From NCBI GenBank assembly GCA_028712095.1, contig JAQTQU010000002.1, forward strand, positions 1-53,420: DNA of 53,420 nt. Direction: 5' to 3'. The notes beneath the pieces were generated by a model, which saw only the letters and a list, made by a program, of their open reading frames with translations, was not told the origin of the DNA and made no database searches. Both the position numbers and the translations under genes were made by a program. Origin of the DNA: Candidatus Peribacteraceae bacterium (GTDB lineage: Bacteria; Patescibacteriota; Gracilibacteria; Peribacterales; Peribacteraceae). Of the stretch, positions 50,431 to 53,420 are shown in pieces. The stretch's first letter is position 1. Every line of letters starts with the position of its first letter.

Positions 50431-51705
50431 ATGGCCGACGCCCCCCGCGAATCACAGGCCGCACCCGGGCAGCGCGAACGCATCTCCGAATCCGAAGTGC
50501 GTCAGGCGCTCCGGCGCAACACCGCCGAGAACCGGCCCACAAATCCCCGTGACGCGGAGCGGCAAGATGCGGAGAACGACCGTGATTTGAAATTGATGAC
50601 GATGGCCGTGGAGATGCTCCCCCGCGAGGGACGTATCTTCCAAAAAGAGCTGGAAAAGGCGAAGAAGAAGAGTGAGAAACCCCACTTGATCGAGAGCCAG
50701 AAGCGCACGCAAGCCGTCATCGGCGCGTACATGCAGGGACTGAAGCAGGATTTGAGAGCGGGATTCACGGAGGAGGAGTTCCGCCAGTCGTCCCGCGCCC
50801 ACGGCAAAGGCATCCAGCGCAGGATCGAGGCGATGCTCGACCAGGCACAACGGGAGGGCCTCGTGACGGTGTGGAACGGGCGCGTGGCGAACAGGGTCGA
50901 CTACGCCGCCGCATGGATCGAAGAACTGCAGCAGATGCGCAACGGCCCCGATCTCACGCCCAAGCAGAAACAGGCGGTCCTGCAGGTGGAGCGCTTCTTC
51001 CAGCTGGTGCTCGACGGCGACCCCGTCTGGGCGCACACGCAGAAAATCATGAGTCAAAGGCGCCCGGATTCCCTGGCTGTCCAACGCGGAAAAGGCGCCC
51101 TCAAGATGCTGGGTGTGCTCGCATTGGGAGGCATGGCACTCCTCTCGGGGCTGCTGGATATGAAGAACAAACGGGTGTCACCCTACACGCTGGCCTGGCT
51201 CGGTCTCACCGGATGGTCCGTAGGATTCTTCAAGGGACAGGCCAAAATCGTGCGCGACCAGCTCTCATTCGTGCCGACCAAGGAGTGGGAGAATCTCTGC
51301 CAAAAACTCGTTCTGAAGGGCAAGGACGGCGTCACGTTCATCGATGACATCCAAAAGAAACACAAGGGGAAGAACGGCCCGAAGTTACGGAAACTCCTCA
51401 AGAAAGGCCGGGAGCAGAAGAGGGTCGACCCGAAGGAATACATCAAACTGCTCGTGGGCGAGAACCCGCAGGGACCGGATGCACAGATGGAGGCAAAACT
51501 GAAGACACTCTCCCCCGCAGAACTCTACACGCTCTGCTTCAATCTCGCCTTCGTCGATGACCGTACGGCGAACGCGCTCCTCCGCGATTTCACGGAGCAC
51601 AACGTGAACAGCCAGACTGTCGCGCCGGACCTCAAACAGCTGCAGAGCCCTCCTTCCGCTTCAGTTCCTTCAGGAACACCTCAAGGACATCCCCTTCAAG
51701 AATAG
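50431..51705 (+). CDS. ORFan (424 aa), helical with central membrane hairpin
   Basis: Hydrophobic segments ALKMLGVLALGGMALLSGLL and YTLAWLGLTGWSVGFF. Charged helical flanks. The 3' end overlaps the infB 3' end by 74 nt. Confidence 0.7.
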   Translation: MADAPRESQAAPGQRERISESEVRQALRRNTAENRPTNPRDAERQDAENDRDLKLMTMAVEMLPREGRIFQKELEKAKKKSEKPHLIESQKRTQAVIGAYMQGLKQDLRAGFTEEEFRQSSRAHGKGIQRRIEAMLDQAQREGLVTVWNGRVANRVDYAAAWIEELQQMRNGPDLTPKQKQAVLQVERFFQLVLDGDPVWAHTQKIMSQRRPDSLAVQRGKGALKMLGVLALGGMALLSGLLDMKNKRVSPYTLAWLGLTGWSVGFFKGQAKIVRDQLSFVPTKEWENLCQKLVLKGKDGVTFIDDIQKKHKGKNGPKLRKLLKKGREQKRVDPKEYIKLLVGENPQGPDAQMEAKLKTLSPAELYTLCFNLAFVDDRTANALLRDFTEHNVNSQTVAPDLKQLQSPPSASVPSGTPQGHPLQE

Positions 51706-53420
51706 GACATGTCGCTTCGATGCGCATGCCGCACTCGGTGCCCTCCTTGGCTTCTTTGATGTCGTTCTCCCCTTTGCGCAGCGAGAGGATGCGACCGGTG
51801 CCCACCTGTTCGCCCGCGCGCTGCAGGCGGAAAGGCAGGCGCTTCAACGCACCATCGGTCACGCGCCCGCCGACGATCTGCTCGTTCTTCTTCGTGAGGA
51901 ACACCTGCAGCACCTGCAGGTGCCCGACGATCTTCTCGGTATCGACCGGCTCCACGAGCCCCTTCAACAGTCCTTCGATATCGTCGAGCAGGGCGTAGAT
52001 CACCTCGTACTCCCGCACGCTCACGCCCTCCCGTTCGGCAATGGCACGCGCTCCGGAGGGAACGGGGGCATGGAACGCAACGACAATACCTTCGCTGGCC
52101 GCAGCCATCGAGATATCGCTGTCCGTCACGGCGCCGACGGAGGCATGGATGATCTTCACGGTGACGGTCTGGGTCGTCAGTTTGGCGAGGGCCTCTTTGA
52201 GCGCCTCGAGGGAACCCTGCGCGTCCGCCTTGAGCACGATCTTGAGCTGGGTCAGCTTGCCTTCCGAAAGCCTGCTGACAAGGTCCACAAACCGCTGCGC
52301 CTGCTTCAGATTGCGTTGCTGCTCCACCTGGGCCAGAAGATCGCGTGCCTGCTTTTCTGAAGCGACGACCTGCAGAATATCGCCGACTTCCGGGACCGAA
52401 TGAAATCCGGCCACCTGCACCGCGCCCGAGGGCAAAACCTCCTCGAACCGCTGACCGTGGGCATCGGACATCGTGCGGACTTTGCCGTGCGTGCGACCGC
52501 ACACGAAGCTCTCGCCATGCCGGAGCGTTCCGGTGTTCACGATGACCGTGGCCAGAGGACCAAGGGAGGGATCAAGCTTGCTCTCGATGACCGTGGCCAC
52601 GGCGGAGCGCCGCGGGTTGGCGGTGAACGAGTGCATCTCGGAGAGCAGAATGATGGAATCGAGCAGATCGGTAATCCCCTGTTTGGTCTTTGCGGAGCAC
52701 TGGACGAACGGCACCTGCCCGCCCCATTCCTCAGACTGGAGCCCCTGCGCCGCCATCTCGCCCATCACGCGGTTCACGTCGGCCCCCTCCTTATCCATTT
52801 TATTGAGTGCCACGAGCACGGGTACTCCCGCCTCTTTGGCATGATCAATCGCCTCGACGGTCGTGGGCTTCACGCCCTCATCCGCCGCCACCACGATCAC
52901 CGCGATATCGGTGACCTGCGCCCCGCGTGCGCGCATGGCCGTGAATGCCTCGTGACCGGGCGTGTCGAGGAAGGTGATCGTATGAACTTCGCTGGACCCC
53001 GCCGGAATATGCTCCACCTGATATGCGCCGATGTGCTGCGTGATGCCTCCCGCCTCCCCCCCCGCGACATCCGTCGTGCGGATGGCATCGAGAATGGAGG
53101 TTTTGCCGTGGTCGACGTGCCCCATGATCACGACGACGGGAGGACGCTTGACCAGATTTTCAGGCTCATCCTTGAGCAGCTCCGTGAGGTTGCGGCTGAT
53201 CAGATCTTCCGCAGATGCGGATTCCTGCTGCTTTTCGACGGTGACGCCCAGCTCTGTCGAAACGACGGCCGCCGTATCGTAGTCGATGGATTGTGTGATC
53301 GTGGCGAGCACGCCGTTCTTCATGAGCGTCTGCACCAGCATGGGCACCTGAATGCCGGTCTTCTCGGCCAGCTCTTTCACCGTAATGTGCGCGGGCAGAA
53401 AGACGGTGCCCTCCTTCTTC
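51632..53420 (-). CDS. infB: Translation initiation factor IF-2, N-terminus beyond the window edge
   Basis: [33 protein letters not shown] and the C-terminal IF-2 domains are present. The frame stays open upstream of the tracked GTG (..[20 protein letters not shown]..) to nt 53419. Confidence 0.95.
   Translation of the reverse strand, partial: KKEGTVFLPAHITVKELAEKTGIQVPMLVQTLMKNGVLATITQSIDYDTAAVVSTELGVTVEKQQESASAEDLISRNLTELLKDEPENLVKRPPVVVIMGHVDHGKTSILDAIRTTDVAGGEAGGITQHIGAYQVEHIPAGSSEVHTITFLDTPGHEAFTAMRARGAQVTDIAVIVVAADEGVKPTTVEAIDHAKEAGVPVLVALNKMDKEGADVNRVMGEMAAQGLQSEEWGGQVPFVQCSAKTKQGITDLLDSIILLSEMHSFTANPRRSAVATVIESKLDPSLGPLATVIVNTGTLRHGESFVCGRTHGKVRTMSDAHGQRFEEVLPSGAVQVAGFHSVPEVGDILQVVASEKQARDLLAQVEQQRNLKQAQRFVDLVSRLSEGKLTQLKIVLKADAQGSLEALKEALAKLTTQTVTVKIIHASVGAVTDSDISMAAASEGIVVAFHAPVPSGARAIAEREGVSVREYEVIYALLDDIEGLLKGLVEPVDTEKIVGHLQVLQVFLTKKNEQIVGGRVTDGALKRLPFRLQRAGEQVGTGRILSLRKGENDIKEAKEGTECGMRIEATCPILEGDVLEVFLKELKRKEGSAAV

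Noticed and set aside
51696-52502. 268-aa minus-strand ORF in another frame of infB
   Set aside because: It is an off-frame Arg/Gly-rich product. The infB frame carries all the GTPase motifs.

Overview
This is 53.4 kb of a high-GC bacterial chromosome (about 60% by eye). Housekeeping genes are recognisable but scattered rather than sitting in canonical operons. They include tRNA-Ser(UGA), initiator tRNA-fMet, rpmA, rplS, lepA, infB (5' end off-window), tsaD, rnhB, a murE-like ligase, murC, an ftsB/divIC-like gene, purL, lgt, thpR/ligT and a stand-alone riboflavin kinase. Roughly half of the coding capacity is envelope or surface related. It comprises a six-gene island of secreted fibre/adhesin-like repeat proteins (1-12.9 kb) and a 1541-aa cysteine-dense low-complexity giant protein (16.6-21.2 kb). 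It also includes a sortase with a canonical LPVTG substrate, two SLH-domain proteins plus csaB, a tightly coupled PKD-repeat operon, and several large ORFans with membrane hairpins. The style (many ORFans, giant surface proteins, monoderm-type anchoring, dispersed core genes, almost no Shine-Dalgarno signals) suggests a small-genome uncultivated lineage. CPR/Peregrinibacteria-like is my guess and cannot be shown from this window. No rRNA, CRISPR array, prophage, transposase or reverse transcriptase was seen. The most unusual observations are: (1) the modular fibre-protein island with conserved cassettes shared between genes; (2) a 483-bp DUF559 endonuclease cassette with 39-bp G/C-rich inverted repeats next to tRNA-Ser; (3) a cascade of two upstream ORFs that repeat the first 7-8 codons of lepA and differ from it only at third codon positions; (4) a ~107-nt two-hairpin element with compensatory changes, present twice directly after stop codons; (5) adjacent paralogues whose only major difference is the wall anchor (LPVTG versus SLH), alongside sortase, csaB and lgt; (6) a csaB-led ORFan operon and a neighbouring polytopic-membrane/ORFan pair of unknown function.
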